Position numbers and translations under genes: made by a program. From Camelus dromedarius (Eukaryota), in contig NC_087437.1 of NCBI RefSeq assembly GCF_036321535.1, positions 80,850,001-80,914,000 on the forward strand: a stretch of 64,000 bases of DNA, written 5' to 3'. The notes beneath the pieces are model-generated. The model worked only from the letters and a program-made list of their open reading frames with translations. It did not search any database and had not been told where the DNA came from. This document shows positions 26,451-39,100 of this stretch, piece by piece (positions within the stretch are counted from its first letter, which is position 1; the number at the start of each line of letters is the position of its first letter).

Positions 26451-28426
26451 AACTGTTGTTTTTATTTGGAAGACTTGGATGCAGAGAATACTGTTGGATA
26501 CTCAGACTGTTCTTTTTTACCTTCTACATACCAGAAGACAGTGGTTTTGAATAGGAGTAAGGTAGAATGTCTGGATTTGTATTTCTCCAGTGCCTTTTAC
26601 TCTCAAACTGGTTTGGAAGACAGCCCTATTCTTTAACTGGGAAAGAAGCAAACATTCTTTCCTTTGAAATCCTTGAAGGACCATTATTCGTTGAAAGTGA
26701 AGAAAATGATTTAGCTAATCCCCCAACATCCAGATCTCTTGCCACTTGAGTTCTTTAAGGATGTTTGCGTATTCTTTGCCATGTGGTGCAGCGGAAGAAG
26801 GAATTAATTATAATTTAGAAGACCTGGTTTCATGCCTCTGCTCTGCCATTTATCATTTGTGTGATCCTGGATGAGCTGTTTTATCTCTGAGCCTTACTCC
26901 CTCATATATTAAATGGGAATAGAATGACCTGGCATATGTATTTCATGGGGCTGTTCTAAGGATTAAACAAATAACGTATATAAAAGCATTTGACTAGCCA
27001 TGGAAATGCAAGCAGTGAAGATTTATAAAACTTTTGCAAAAGTCAGTCCACTTCTTTTTAAAGGGAATTACGTGAATAAATGTGTTTACCTCAATTTCGC
27101 ATGTAACTCACATGTCAGCTGGATGCCAAGTCATCCAGGTTTATAGGATCAATTTTTTCCTTAACATTCAAGTGAACTGGCATTTGTCTCTCCCATTTGC
27201 AGTGTAAAACCTAGATCCATGGCCCTCTGACCCCTAGTATCTGTAGGAATTATCAGGGAACTTAACTATCTCTTAATCATCTCCAGCTCTGAGCTCCTGC
27301 AGCTGAATTTCCAATCTCGCATTTGTCCTCACCCTTGTAATTGTTCTTTATGTTAATCCTACACAGGTCACAGTCCCATTTTTTATTTTCCCAAAGCACC
27401 TCTAGTACAGGGCAGTTGATTCTATCAGACATTTGCTGGTAATATGAGCATGATGGAGGAGTTTTTATTATAGAACAGCAGATGGCTTTAAAATGGTACT
27501 GTTAGGGGGTAAATATCCAAAAATTTTTCAGCCACCCTTTCAAAAGTGTTTGTTTAATGGCCAACTTTTTCTCCAGGAGAAAGCTAGCGACCATGCTACT
27601 CTGGCTATTCTGGCTGTCTCTCCAGACCCTCTTCCTATTTCCTCCGCTCTCATTTTCCCGGGCCCATCACTCCCTCTCTTAGCCTGCCCCTGGAAAACCA
27701 GAACGTAATTCATTCTATAGGTTAGATCCCTGTCTCCTATCCCAAGCTTAACGCCAAGTCTACCTTTGTTTTCCTATAAAGTCATGAAGGTACTCTTCCA
27801 AACAGAGGACTCTCTGTTCTGGGCCTCCACCTTTAACCTGCACAAAGGACTGGAAAGAGACTTTAAAACAACAGTCTTTTATTTACATGATTAAAATATT
27901 GGCCTTGGTCTCTTCTTTGGTCTGGAAGCAAAAGGGAGTAGCATTTATCTTTTTTTGCCTATTATAGATTCTATTTCCCTTTCCCCAGACACTCACCCAC
28001 ACCCACAGAATGATCACAAAGTTTTAGAATTTTTAAATAGAATTTTCCTACTACATGTATATTTTTAGTTAAAAGTCTTCAGAATAAAATATTATTTTAT
28101 CTCAAGATTGGCTAAAGATAAGATTGACTTGGCTCTTGCCTAATTTGTTTCCACATGTAGTGTCTCAGAAATTCTTTAACGTCCATCAACAAAGGGGGAC
28201 CATGCAAGACCATCCTTCCCACCCCCTATATACATTTCTATCCTTCACTGCTAGGCCAGGATTGGATTGTTTTCTGATTACAGAGTCACAAAATGAATAT
28301 GAGGATCAAGATAAAAAGACTTAGGAAATACACAGTGGAATCCTGCTGTGTAGTTCTTCTGTAGAACTGCCATCTGTCAGCACATCTGTATGCTCTTCTT
28401 ATACAAGCATCTTATTATTGGTCCCT

Positions 28427-28874
28427 TGTATTAGTTTGCTAGGGTTGCCATAACAAAGGACCACAAACTGGGTGGTTTATAACAACAGAAATTTATTCTC
28501 ACATTGTTTTGGAGGCCAGGAATCCAAATCAAGGTGTTGGCAGGGTCATGCTCCCTGGAAAATCTCAAGAATCCTTCCTTGCCTTGTCCTAGCTTCTGGA
28601 GTTCGCCAGTAATCCTTGACATTCCTTTGCTTATAGATGCATCACTGTGGTCTCTGCTTCTGTCTTTATGTGGTCTTCTTTCCTATGTGTCTATGCCTCT
28701 GTATCCGAATTTCCCTCTTCTCATAAGGACATCAAATATTGGACTATGGGCCCAACCTAATCCAGTATGACCTCGACTTGATTACATTTACAAAGATCCT
28801 ATTTCCAAATAAGATCATGTTCTGAGGTTCCGGTTGGACATGAATTTTGGGAAGACACTATTCACCCCAGGACA
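28427..28874 (-). mobile_element. MaLR (MLT1-type) solo LTR
   Basis: Starts tgtattagtttgctagggttgccataacaaa and ends ...ca. About 450 bp with TG...CA termini. Confidence 0.85.
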
Positions 28875-29299
28875 CCCCCCATTCCTGCACAGGGCCAAGA
28901 AAGACCTGCTGTAGAGATCCTCTAAACTCTGAGGCTACAGATTTTGCAAAATGTCTTTACTCTCCAGAGTGGCAAGGAAATCACTGATTCTGAAAGCAGG
29001 ATTAATTTATCTGGACACTGAGGGGCTATGCTCCTTGTTTTTTAACCTCCTCTTAGTCTTCTAAATAAACCTTATGCTCTTCCATATAAATGAGTTTATG
29101 GGTCATTTACACTTATTTCCTCTGTGGTATTTATTTCGCCATTTGCCTGTTTGTAGTTCACAGTTTGCCATTCACCAGTGGAGAACTAACAGTGGAACCA
29201 TGGTAGGACGGAAGACCTATCCATGGTCAATGTCTTACATCATTTTTGACTAGTTTTTGTCCCAATTAATTTTTTTCTTTTTAAGCCTTTGATTTTTTA

Positions 29300-29441
29300 A
29301 TTCTTATTTTTATTGAAGTGTAGTCGACTTACAATGTTAGTTTCATGTGTATAGCAAACGCGATTCAGTTATGTCCATATATATATTATTCTTTTCCATT
29401 ACAGCTTATTATAAGAAATTGAATATAGTTCCCTGTGCTAT
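29300..29441 (-). mobile_element. Short L1 3' end
   Basis: ttttattgaagtgtagtcg...atagttccctgtgcta. Confidence 0.75.
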
Positions 29442-29981
29442 GTCATTTTCTCTCATCCTATCAATGAAAATTGATATTACTGAGTCCAAAATATTGCTGA
29501 GAATAGCCTGAGGAGGTACAGGGCTGATTTATTTTTCTAACATTGGCTTTCACAAATCTTGAGAGTTCTTAGGCTGCTCTTACTGGGCTATATCCATCCC
29601 CGAAGCTTCCACCAGTTCTCTGGATTCTGTCGCCCCATTTCATGTTCCCCATGGCGGGTAGGGCATGCAGCATCATGTGCAGAGTGGAGGAGGACTATAG
29701 AAGGAAAGGGTTGGTAGAAATGAATGGTACATGAAAACTGTTTAATTTAGATCTACAATTACGTGGATTTTAAAGCTTCTACATGTTCCCTACATAAAAC
29801 AGGTAGAGGCTCACCTAGGACACTGGGTTTTATGATTTGCCTCTAGGTTTCAGAGAAATTTGATAAAAGCTCATCAATGAAGGATGAGTCAGAAATTTTA
29901 TTGTGGTATGGGTAGTGATGTATTTCAATGATTCATGAAGGGGGTTGTCCCATGGTACTTTGGATGGGAGAGCCTTCGTAG

Positions 29982-30302
<321 letters not shown>

Positions 30303-31516
30303 TAGATACTTCCTGTGAAGAAAAGGGGTCTGCACCTGTGATATTAGGATAATCACAATATTTATTATAGAGGTTATATCTAGATAATACATGTGTGCCA
30401 TCTAGTTCTCGTGTGAAGACTGAGTCAATTAATAGACCCGAACTATACCCAGTTCAATAGGTTATTTTATCTTATGCTTTTAGGGAGCTGTAAGAAGAAC
30501 ATTGTCTAGTGGCCTATAGGGAGGATGGAGAGCAGTCGGAGGTCTTATGTTTGCTAGTGGTGATGATAAGGCAGTTGGTGCTCGACTTAGCTTCAAGCAT
30601 ATCAGCACTTTACACTGTGTCTGAAACGGAATTTTATTGTTCTTTTGGGGTGATGTTCTTAATGGATTTGGGCTGTTCTTAGTCCTACTGAGTATTCAAA
30701 AATAAAGAAAAGCAAGTATTTAAAGTTGTGGCAAGTTTATTTTATGTATCTAAGATCCACTTTTTAATGATAGAACCAAAGAAAATGCAGCAGGCAGATG
30801 ACCAGATTTAGGTAGCCTTCCCTGCCTACTCCCCTTAAACAGAGCAGAGCAAATCAACCTCCCAACCACACCCAAAGTCACATGCTGGAAAGGGAGAGAA
30901 TGCTGAGAATAAGCAGGGGAAACATAAATGAGAGGACAATTTGTGAATGTCAAAAAGGGCAAGCATTCGCACTGATGCCCAAAATAGAGGAAATAGGTGG
31001 AAATGATTCAGACTTTTCTACATGTAAAGGTATAAAGTTTAGCTAGAAAACTACTGGGAAAAATAGTCTCTCAATTTCCAAAGAAATTAAGATTATTTTG
31101 AAAAGCAGTGATTGCTGCTCTGGGACTTGAAGATGTTTTTGCACCGTTCTGTGGCCGTGGGGTCTGGGGGATCTCTGCCATGCAGTGAAAAGGACATGAG
31201 GAGTCTGGAGACGTGGCTTCCAGAGCAGCTCTGTGGCTAACTAATTGTATGACCTAACACCAGTCATTTTCCTTCCTGGGCCTGTTTTTCATTATCTATA
31301 AATAAGGAAGTACTTTCTTTAAGTCTAGTCAGTCTTTTATTCAGACTTTACAGGTAGTCACTGAGGACCTCCTGGGTGGATATCAGGCACTATACACAGC
31401 TTTAAATCTTATCATTTAACCTGTATACTCACATTTTTACTGAGGCTTCATGTGGTGTGCATTTATTTTTCTCTCTTTCCCTAGTCCCACTGAAGATTCT
31501 GCTGTTTTTTAAATTA

Positions 31517-31848
31517 ATTAATAATTAATTTTATTGAAGTATAGTCAGTTTAGAATGTGTCAATTTCTGGTGTGCAGCATAATGTTTCAGTCATACATAT
31601 TCATATATTCATTTTAATATTCTTTTTCATTATAGGTTACTACAAGATATTGAATATAATTCCCTGTGCTATACAGAAGAAATTTGTTTTTTTTTTTTAA
31701 CATCTATTTTATATATAGTAGTTAGTATCTGCAAATCTCAAACTCCCAATTTATCCCTTCCTACCCCCTTCTCCCCGGTAACCATAAGTTTGTTTTCTGT
31801 GTCTGTGGGTCTGTTTCCGCTTTATAGATAAATTCACTAGTGTCTTCT
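31517..31848 (-). mobile_element. 5'-truncated L1 3' end just upstream of the transmembrane exon
   Basis: Same family 3' end. Partial TSD ttctgct(g/a)tt. Confidence 0.8.
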
Positions 31849-31914
31849 TTCTGCTATTAATTGTTACTGTCAGCAGAGTGCTTGTGGTTGGGACTTGGTC
31901 ACCTGTCATTCCAG

Positions 31915-32103
31915 GTGCCGGGTGGGTGAGAACTGGTGGTACCGCGGGGAGCACTGTGAAGAGTTTGTGTCCGAGCCCCTGGTGATAGGCATCACCATCG
32001 CCTCCATGGCTGGACTGCTCCTCCTTTCTTCTGTGGTCATCTTCTTCATCATCAGGACTCTTCAAGCTCAATATGCTAGGAGAGACAGGGAAGGGCCCTT
32101 CAG
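31915..32103 (+). CDS. IMPG2: IMPG2 coding exon (approx. exon 16): end of EGF-2 and transmembrane helix ([25 protein letters not shown])
   Basis: Acceptor cattccag, donor gtaact at 32104. 189 nt, phase 2-2. Hydrophobic stretch followed by basic residues. Confidence 0.96.
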
Positions 32104-33434
32104 GTAACTAAGGAGAATGTTCCTTCTGTTCATTCATTTTGTGCTTACTTTGTGCCAAATACTGGACAAGGATCTGGGTGGAGGGGAGAGAGCATATAGT
32201 TGAGTAAAAACATGGTCCCTGTCCTCAGAGGGTGTCAAACTGGAAGCAAACATAAGTGACAGCATGGATAAGATGCTAAGATGCCTAGGTAAGGGGTGAA
32301 TTTTTTTTTGTCTAGGGGAGGGTGTCTTAGAAGTTTTAATGATGGTTGTGATATTTAGCTGGACAGAAGAGTAGATGTTTGCTGCAGCGGGTGGGTGGGA
32401 AACTTTCTAGCTAGTTGAATGAGCATGAGCACCATCAGGAAGGCATGCAGGAATCTCCCTGCACACATTGAGTGGGGCCAGAATGCCTGTTTCATGGTGG
32501 GGGAGGGGTTGGGAGGGTGACAGGGTTGAAGTGAAGACCAAATCTGTTAGTATGTTCCCGTTGGCTCATTCCAGTGGTAATGAGACAGATTTTAAATCTA
32601 GGTAAGAACTTGGCAAGAAGTAGAATCTGGTTCTCTTTTTAGTTAAGTGTAGCTTCACTAAGCTTGTTCTTGCTACACTAGCAATGCAAGGACCTTTGGG
32701 GTTGTGTTGTGATGACAATCCCTGGTTGTACTTCACTTCTGTGATTCTAGAGTCCAAGAGTGCTTCTGCTGCAGGTCTGGGTGACCTTCCCTTACCCTCC
32801 GGCTTGGCTAAGGAGGCACCTCTCCTAGGTTCCTTGGAACACCCAGGACATAATTCTATTATTATACTTTTTGTTGAGTCTTACTTTGCATTTGACTGTA
32901 ATCTTATGCTGGAGAGGGATTCCAACAAATTCTTTGTATCATTTGCATCTAGAACAGTCCTAGGCACATAATCAAAGCTCAGTAAATATTTGTAGACCTG
33001 AATTGAACTTAGTTGAAGCACATTCCCCCTGTATTTATATTTCTATTAGAATTTTTGTGTGGTTACACGTTGATTTTTTTATTTGTCTCCTCTGGGAATG
33101 ATGGAGCTATATTCATTTAAGGACCTACTAAATATTGCCAGGCCTGTTTTTCCATCAGTATTTATTGAGTATTAGGTACTGGGGGGCAAATAAAGATGAA
33201 TGAGACATGGAATAATTCCCCAGGACACTTGCCATGTAGTTGAGGAGACAATAATGATAACACCTGATAAATAATTTTTGAGCTTGATCTGGATATTTTT
33301 CACGGACCCTTCCCCCACCCCCCTTTCCCACCCCATTTGTATCCAGAAATCTTGCTCCAAGTAAGTAGTCTTCCAAGTAGCTGAGCATCCAAAGAAGATG
33401 CTCGTCAATCACACTTTTCTTCTTGTGGCTCCAG

Positions 33435-33636
33435 CAGGCAGCCTGACAGCCTCTCATCCGTGGAAAGTGGCGTGAAGCACAACCCTGTGTTTGAAAGTCA
33501 CGAGGCTGCACTCGAGCAGTACGAGGGACCCTACCCTCTGCGTCCCTTCTACAGCTCTGCAGGCAGAGAGATGATTGGTGGTCTGAGCAGGGAAGAAATC
33601 AGACAAATGTATGAGAGCAGTGAGCTTTCCAGGGAG
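33435..33636 (+). CDS. IMPG2: IMPG2 coding exon (approx. exon 17), cytoplasmic tail: [22 protein letters not shown]...ELSRE; 5' boundary uncertain (33426, 33435 or 33438)
   Basis: Overlaps ORF 33460..33729. Donor gtagga at 33637. The first in-frame AG after the pyrimidine tract is at 33433-33434. Confidence 0.9.
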
Positions 33637-34089
33637 GTAGGAAACTTGGATTTTCTGTTACTGCTCTGCTGCTGTGTATGTCGTGTGTGTGTGTGTTCAT
33701 GCACATACATGGGCTTCAAGAAAGGCTGAAAATTACTTTGTGATTAGTTTTTTACCTTATGGCATCTCCCAGGCGATGTGGTATGTAGCAAGTATATAAT
33801 TCTGAGCTCTACCTTATTCCCCACCTGCTGGTTCCTTTTATCCTTATTAGCAAGCCCCTCCTCCTCCCTTTCCTCCTTAGAAACCCTTACCTGTGTTACT
33901 GTTACTCAGAGCAGTTCAGGTAGTGGCCACACCCTCTATTTTTCTGAAATGGCCACTGTTTTTCTATTGCTCTCCCCTGGATAGCCTCAAAGGCCACCAT
34001 TACTTACAAAAATTAGAACTCTTTTTAAAAAGGCCATTGAAGTTTTTCTTCTGCAAAGCCTCTTTTCCTCTTCTTTCTTTTTTTTAAAG

Positions 34090-34169
34090 GAAATTGAAGA
34101 AAGAATGAGAATTTTGGAACTGTATGCCAGGGATCCTGAGTTTGCAGCTTTTGTGAGAGAACATCAAAT
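34090..34169 (+). CDS. IMPG2: IMPG2 coding exon (approx. exon 18): [26 protein letters not shown](M)
   Basis: Acceptor tttttaaag, donor gtaagt at 34170. 80 nt, phase 0 to 2. Confidence 0.95.
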
Positions 34170-34522
34170 GTAAGTGTTTGAAACAGCGCCCTCACCCAGA
34201 TTCTGAGGGGGCTTCCCTTAGAGTAGTGCCTCAGGCGTGAACACGTAACTCCTGTCCACGTGACACGGGTTTCTGTCATAACCAGTGTTTGCTGGGTTCT
34301 TTACAGTTCATACACTTCCTCACAGGTTACCTCATTTATTCCTCCCCACACCTTTGGAAGGTGAATGTTTCTTTTTTATGTTTTATGAATGAGGAAAGGA
34401 ACCCTCAAAGCGATGGAAGGACCTACATAAGATCATGATGACAGCAAATGCCAGAGAAGATCGAAAACTAAGACACTCTGTGCTCTGGCCTAGGGCTTCC
34501 TGGGCTCTGTCCTATTTTCTCT

Positions 34523-34661
34523 TTTTTTGAGGGGGGAGGGGAGGTAATTAGGTTTATTTAATTATTTAATTATTATTATTATTTAGTGGAAGTACTGGGG
34601 ATTGAACCCAGGATCTCGTGCATGCTAAGCACGCCCTCTACCACTGAGCTATACCTCCCCC
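34523..34661 (-). mobile_element. tRNA-derived SINE in the last IMPG2 intron
   Basis: Reverse complement of the SINE head. TSD ctgtc(c/a)tatt(t/c)tctct at 34507-34522 and 34662-34677. Confidence 0.9.
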
Positions 34662-36131
34662 CTGTCATATTCTCTCTGATTTCTGTAGGTGTCACCCATC
34701 TGAGTAGCCATAAATCGTCACATATTTTAACATATCCTTCCTTTTCCATCTTTGTGGATACTTTTAAGTATACTTTGAATGACACACATCTCATTACAGT
34801 GTATCTCTTCCTCAGTCAAATTCATCTTCCTTTTCATTTTTTTTCTGTTGCTTTTTTCAGCATGCATTTTGGGCAAGTGTCTGTAGTTTTTTTTCCTTTG
34901 TTCCTCAGAATCCATAACCAGGTATACATTATAAAAATAAACTATCTTGTAAAGAGACCATTCATGGATGTTAATTGAGTGTAGTGGGTGGGGTTATAAT
35001 TTGGCTTTGATATTTTGTCTCTCAGCTGCCTTCACAAAGGTCCTTCCTTACTGACGGGTCTCACCCAGCACAGATATCAGCACCTGGCTTTTAGAAGAGA
35101 AAAACCAGAGCAATTCAAGCCTACTTACAGAAGAAATGGATAAAGGGTCAGGATAACCCATGTGGTTCTGATTGGAGCCTCTGCTCCTTTGCTCCAAATC
35201 CCTTTTGTCTGATAGGCAGCCCCTCACCCATGGTTCCTCTGATAGGAAGGGACGAATTGACACCTAGGGAAACTAAGGAAGGTACTTTTCTAAGTCTGTG
35301 TGCGTGGTGGAGACTCCTTTGAAAAAAATCTCTAAGCATCTGATTTGGTCCAGGGAAGGTGCTGCCAACCTTGTTGAATGCTTTCAGAGCAGTATTACTG
35401 GGATCCTGCCTTTTAGACCAGGATACCCACTCATCCCTCTATCTCTAGTCCACAGGTGGCCTGTGGCTCCACTTCAGTGGTATCCAATAGAAAAAACGTG
35501 ACTGATGGTTTTATCTTTTCTACGACCCTGTATAAGCCCTTCAGAGCCATCTGCATTCCCTGACTTAAAAATGCATCTCATCTAGATTAAGAAATACAAA
35601 GAGAGGATCCAGAAAAGCCTAATTAGGAACAGATTGACCCCATGCTTCAGTTTCCTCGGGTAAACTATCTAGCATTAAAATATTCCCCCAAAAATCCATA
35701 TAAAAAAGAAGATTTAAGCAAGAAGACCCAGTGAAACAAAAGAATGTTCACATAGACACTAAAACTTTAAGGGAGTTGTTCATAAAGGGAAGATGGCATT
35801 GAAAAAAATGTTAGGTACAGAATCCATAAATTTTCAGTTTGCACTTAGTCTCAGAGTTTTTAATCTACCAATAGCCTGAGAAAATATTAATGAACTTTAG
35901 GATTCAGTAAAAGCATTACATGGTCTTGGTAGAGTGGATTCTTTTTTTTTTTTTTTAACTTATCAAAGCACAGGATAGCTTTCCTGCAAAGAAAGAAAAT
36001 AGAAAATATTGGTGATTTTTAGGAACACAGCATGGCTATATATTACACCAAAAATACATTTCAATACATTCTGGCTTTTTTCAATTAATTGCTATTTCTT
36101 TCTTTCTTTCTTCTTCTTTTTTTAATGGCAG

Positions 36132-36144
36132 GGAAGAGCTTTAA
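36132..36144 (+). CDS. IMPG2: IMPG2 terminal exon, coding part: (M)EEL-stop
   Basis: Long pyrimidine tract, then tggcag|G GAA GAG CTT TAA. Completes the reading frame. Recalled orthologues end in EEV or EEL. Confidence 0.92.
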
Positions 36145-39100
36145 CCAAAAGTCCTATTTTGCAACGGATAGAAGCCTAGAGAAGATGGAATCACTCTTTA
36201 CCTGTGTCATGTAATTAGCCTGGATTCCGAACTCTGTTGGAAGAAGAGTTTTCTATTAAAAAAAGTTAAACTGGGGGCACAATTTATTTTTCTAGTTTAA
36301 AATTTCAGAATGCAGTAAGAGATGTGACAAGTTTTAAGCCTACAAAGACCAGAAGTTGTATTTAAAGGAATTCAAAACTGTATGAATTCTAGAAAGGATT
36401 CTGTAAGGAAAAAGCCAGGCCTGGGAGTTGGGTTGCATTTGCTGTCTGCTTCTGAGCCTCTGAGGGTGTCTCTTAGTAACTAATGATGCCTCGGGCTTCC
36501 CCGCAGGAAGGTCAGGTGAGACTATTACGGAGGAAGGTAGGCTTAGTAACTGAGTCTGTAGTAGCAAGTTTGCTATTGTCAGGTGGAATGAGACGACTTT
36601 GAAGTAATTTTAATATAGTTTATGGCCAAACATTCATCTAACTAAATACTAAGGTTTTGAGGGGAATCAAACTGCTAAAGAAAAAGCAACCTTTTTGCTG
36701 CAGTATAGATTTAGACCTGTACATTGTGCTCCTACCAGAATTTTAAATTTCCTGAGCCTGTTAATCAAGACCACATTATTATGTTAATTATGTTAATATC
36801 CTGTTTTTTTCCCCCTGCTATCAAGGACAATACATATCATAAAGGTTACAGGCTTTTTGTTAGAGTAAAGATGAATTGAACCACATGGACAGGGAAGGAG
36901 TGGGTATCGGGTCAAGACCACAGCGCTGAGAATATACTTTGCTGATTGATGCGTGGACTGAGTCAGAACCAGTGGGTTCCCTGACTCTGTTTCTGAAACC
37001 TAAAGGTGTCCTGGGCAAATCTGGGATCTTCTGTAGTTTCTCGTGTATTAATTTCAAAAGCAGCACTTGACTTCCCCGTGTGGTGTAGGTTAGTTTGTTT
37101 GCATTGCTTCTTTGTGTAATAACTGTGTCTCAGTTCATTCCTGCTTACATGAAACACAGCAGGACTTTTATTGCAATTAAAATTTTTAAAAAAGTTTTAT
37201 AGGTAGGAAAAGTCCACATCTTATATAAATTTTAACTGAAAAAGTAGAAATTTTCCTCTTTCCTAATACTTTTTGAATGGTAGCTTTGGAGCGGGCAGGG
37301 AGAGGGTCCAGTAATTATCACTATCCGTCTTGTTGTGTACGCAGATAGGTTATTGTTGATACAGGTGTTTTATGTTAGATATCTTCATGTTAGTCAAAAA
37401 CAGTCTTAAACATTTTGATTTCTTTGTGACCAGATGTAACTGACCAGGGGTAGGTTGGCCATAAGATAAAATACCTGGTTCACTTTTTTTTCCCCTCAAC
37501 TTGATGACTGCCAATTTCACTCAGTATGAAGACACCAGAAACTAAATCTCTGGGGTGAGTACATGCCACAGTAAAGCTACTGAAAGCCTTGAAGATATCC
37601 AGATATTTTGCAACGTATGTATGGGTAACAGGTCTTGTGAGTGTGTGTTTTTGTAGGTAGGTAATTCCCTTATCTCAGTAATTTCTTTCATTCCCTCCCC
37701 TAATAATGGATTCTCTATAAGTTCAGCATAGATACAAGCCACTGCTGGGACATTTTCTACTGGGTGAATTTGAAAGGGAATTGATAATTATCTTTAAAGC
37801 ATTTTAAATGTTAATGACATTTGTCACTACTTAATGTTTAATTTAATATTTCTAAAACTTTCTAAGATTTCTGTTGAAGATTCTAAACTTTTTCCCCTAA
37901 ACCTACTCGTGTTAGGTGAAAAAAAGTTGTTTTTTTTTTAATCATAAATTAACCCTAGAAGGCAACATTTTGAACGTCTGCTTGCTGGGGGAGTTCAGAT
38001 GGAGGTGAAGTGGGTGAAGCGCAGGTCACCACGTGGAACACTTAGGAGAAGCACAAACTCAGCTGAAGGAGGATTGTTTTCCAAGCAGTGAAGTGGGAGT
38101 TTGAGAATTCTGACTCGTCTCTGTCTCTGATTTCCATTTGTATGAACTTTTCATGCAAGAGCTAATCGTGGGTCTCCATGAATGTCTGTTCCACATCGTT
38201 GAAAAGGAGGGGATTCCTAAACTCTCAAGGAGAGAACTGAGGGCCTCAGTTCAGGAATAAAGACTTTGGCCCTTGCTTTGTTATAACTGAACCACAGTGG
38301 GAAACATCAGAGAATGAAGTTTCCACGATGAGGATCCACTGATGGGCACATCTAAAGAGCTAAAAGAGCTATCCGTCTGACAGGACAAACTACCCTGAAA
38401 GAGCTTCTTTTCAAAGGAGCTTTTCCCAAGGTAATTTAATGGCATATAGTCATTTGAAAGTATTAAGCTAAGCTCTCATTTGGGCTGTGTGATTGAGGAA
38501 TGAAATGTTCTGATTATTAGGATGTTCTTATTAATCTAGCAGTATAATATTCAATACAACTATCACCTTATTTAAAAATAATTAAACGCAGTTAACAGTA
38601 AAAGTGCATGATAAAGAACTCAAACTTTTTTGGGGTGATTTGTAAGGTGCTTTGGAGTCTTGTAGATATAGCCTTTATAACTGAATGTCCCTACATGATT
38701 CTTATTTTCATGGGTTCTGGATAAAAGGGAGTTTATTTGATAAGTAGGACTCCATTTGCACCATAGCAGTGTTTTAAGGGTATTTGTTCATATTTATGTG
38801 CTCCAAAGTCCCATTTCCTTTATGTAATAAAACAAGTGCAGGTTTTACCTGATTTTATTCCCACCGCTTTGTTTTTTTCTTCTGTAGTATCTGTTCATGG
38901 GTTGGCTGCTCCCCTCCCCAACCCTTTCTGTTTTTTAACACATGGTAAAAGTGTAACGGAGTCAAACAACCCTGACTTAATATTACTTCTGAAAAAAGAT
39001 GAAAATTGGAGAAATATTCTTTATAGGCTCTAAAACCATTTTGGCTCAGATATGATACCTGATGTAGTTACTCATTTTCATGCGTGTTTCGTAAGTTTGC

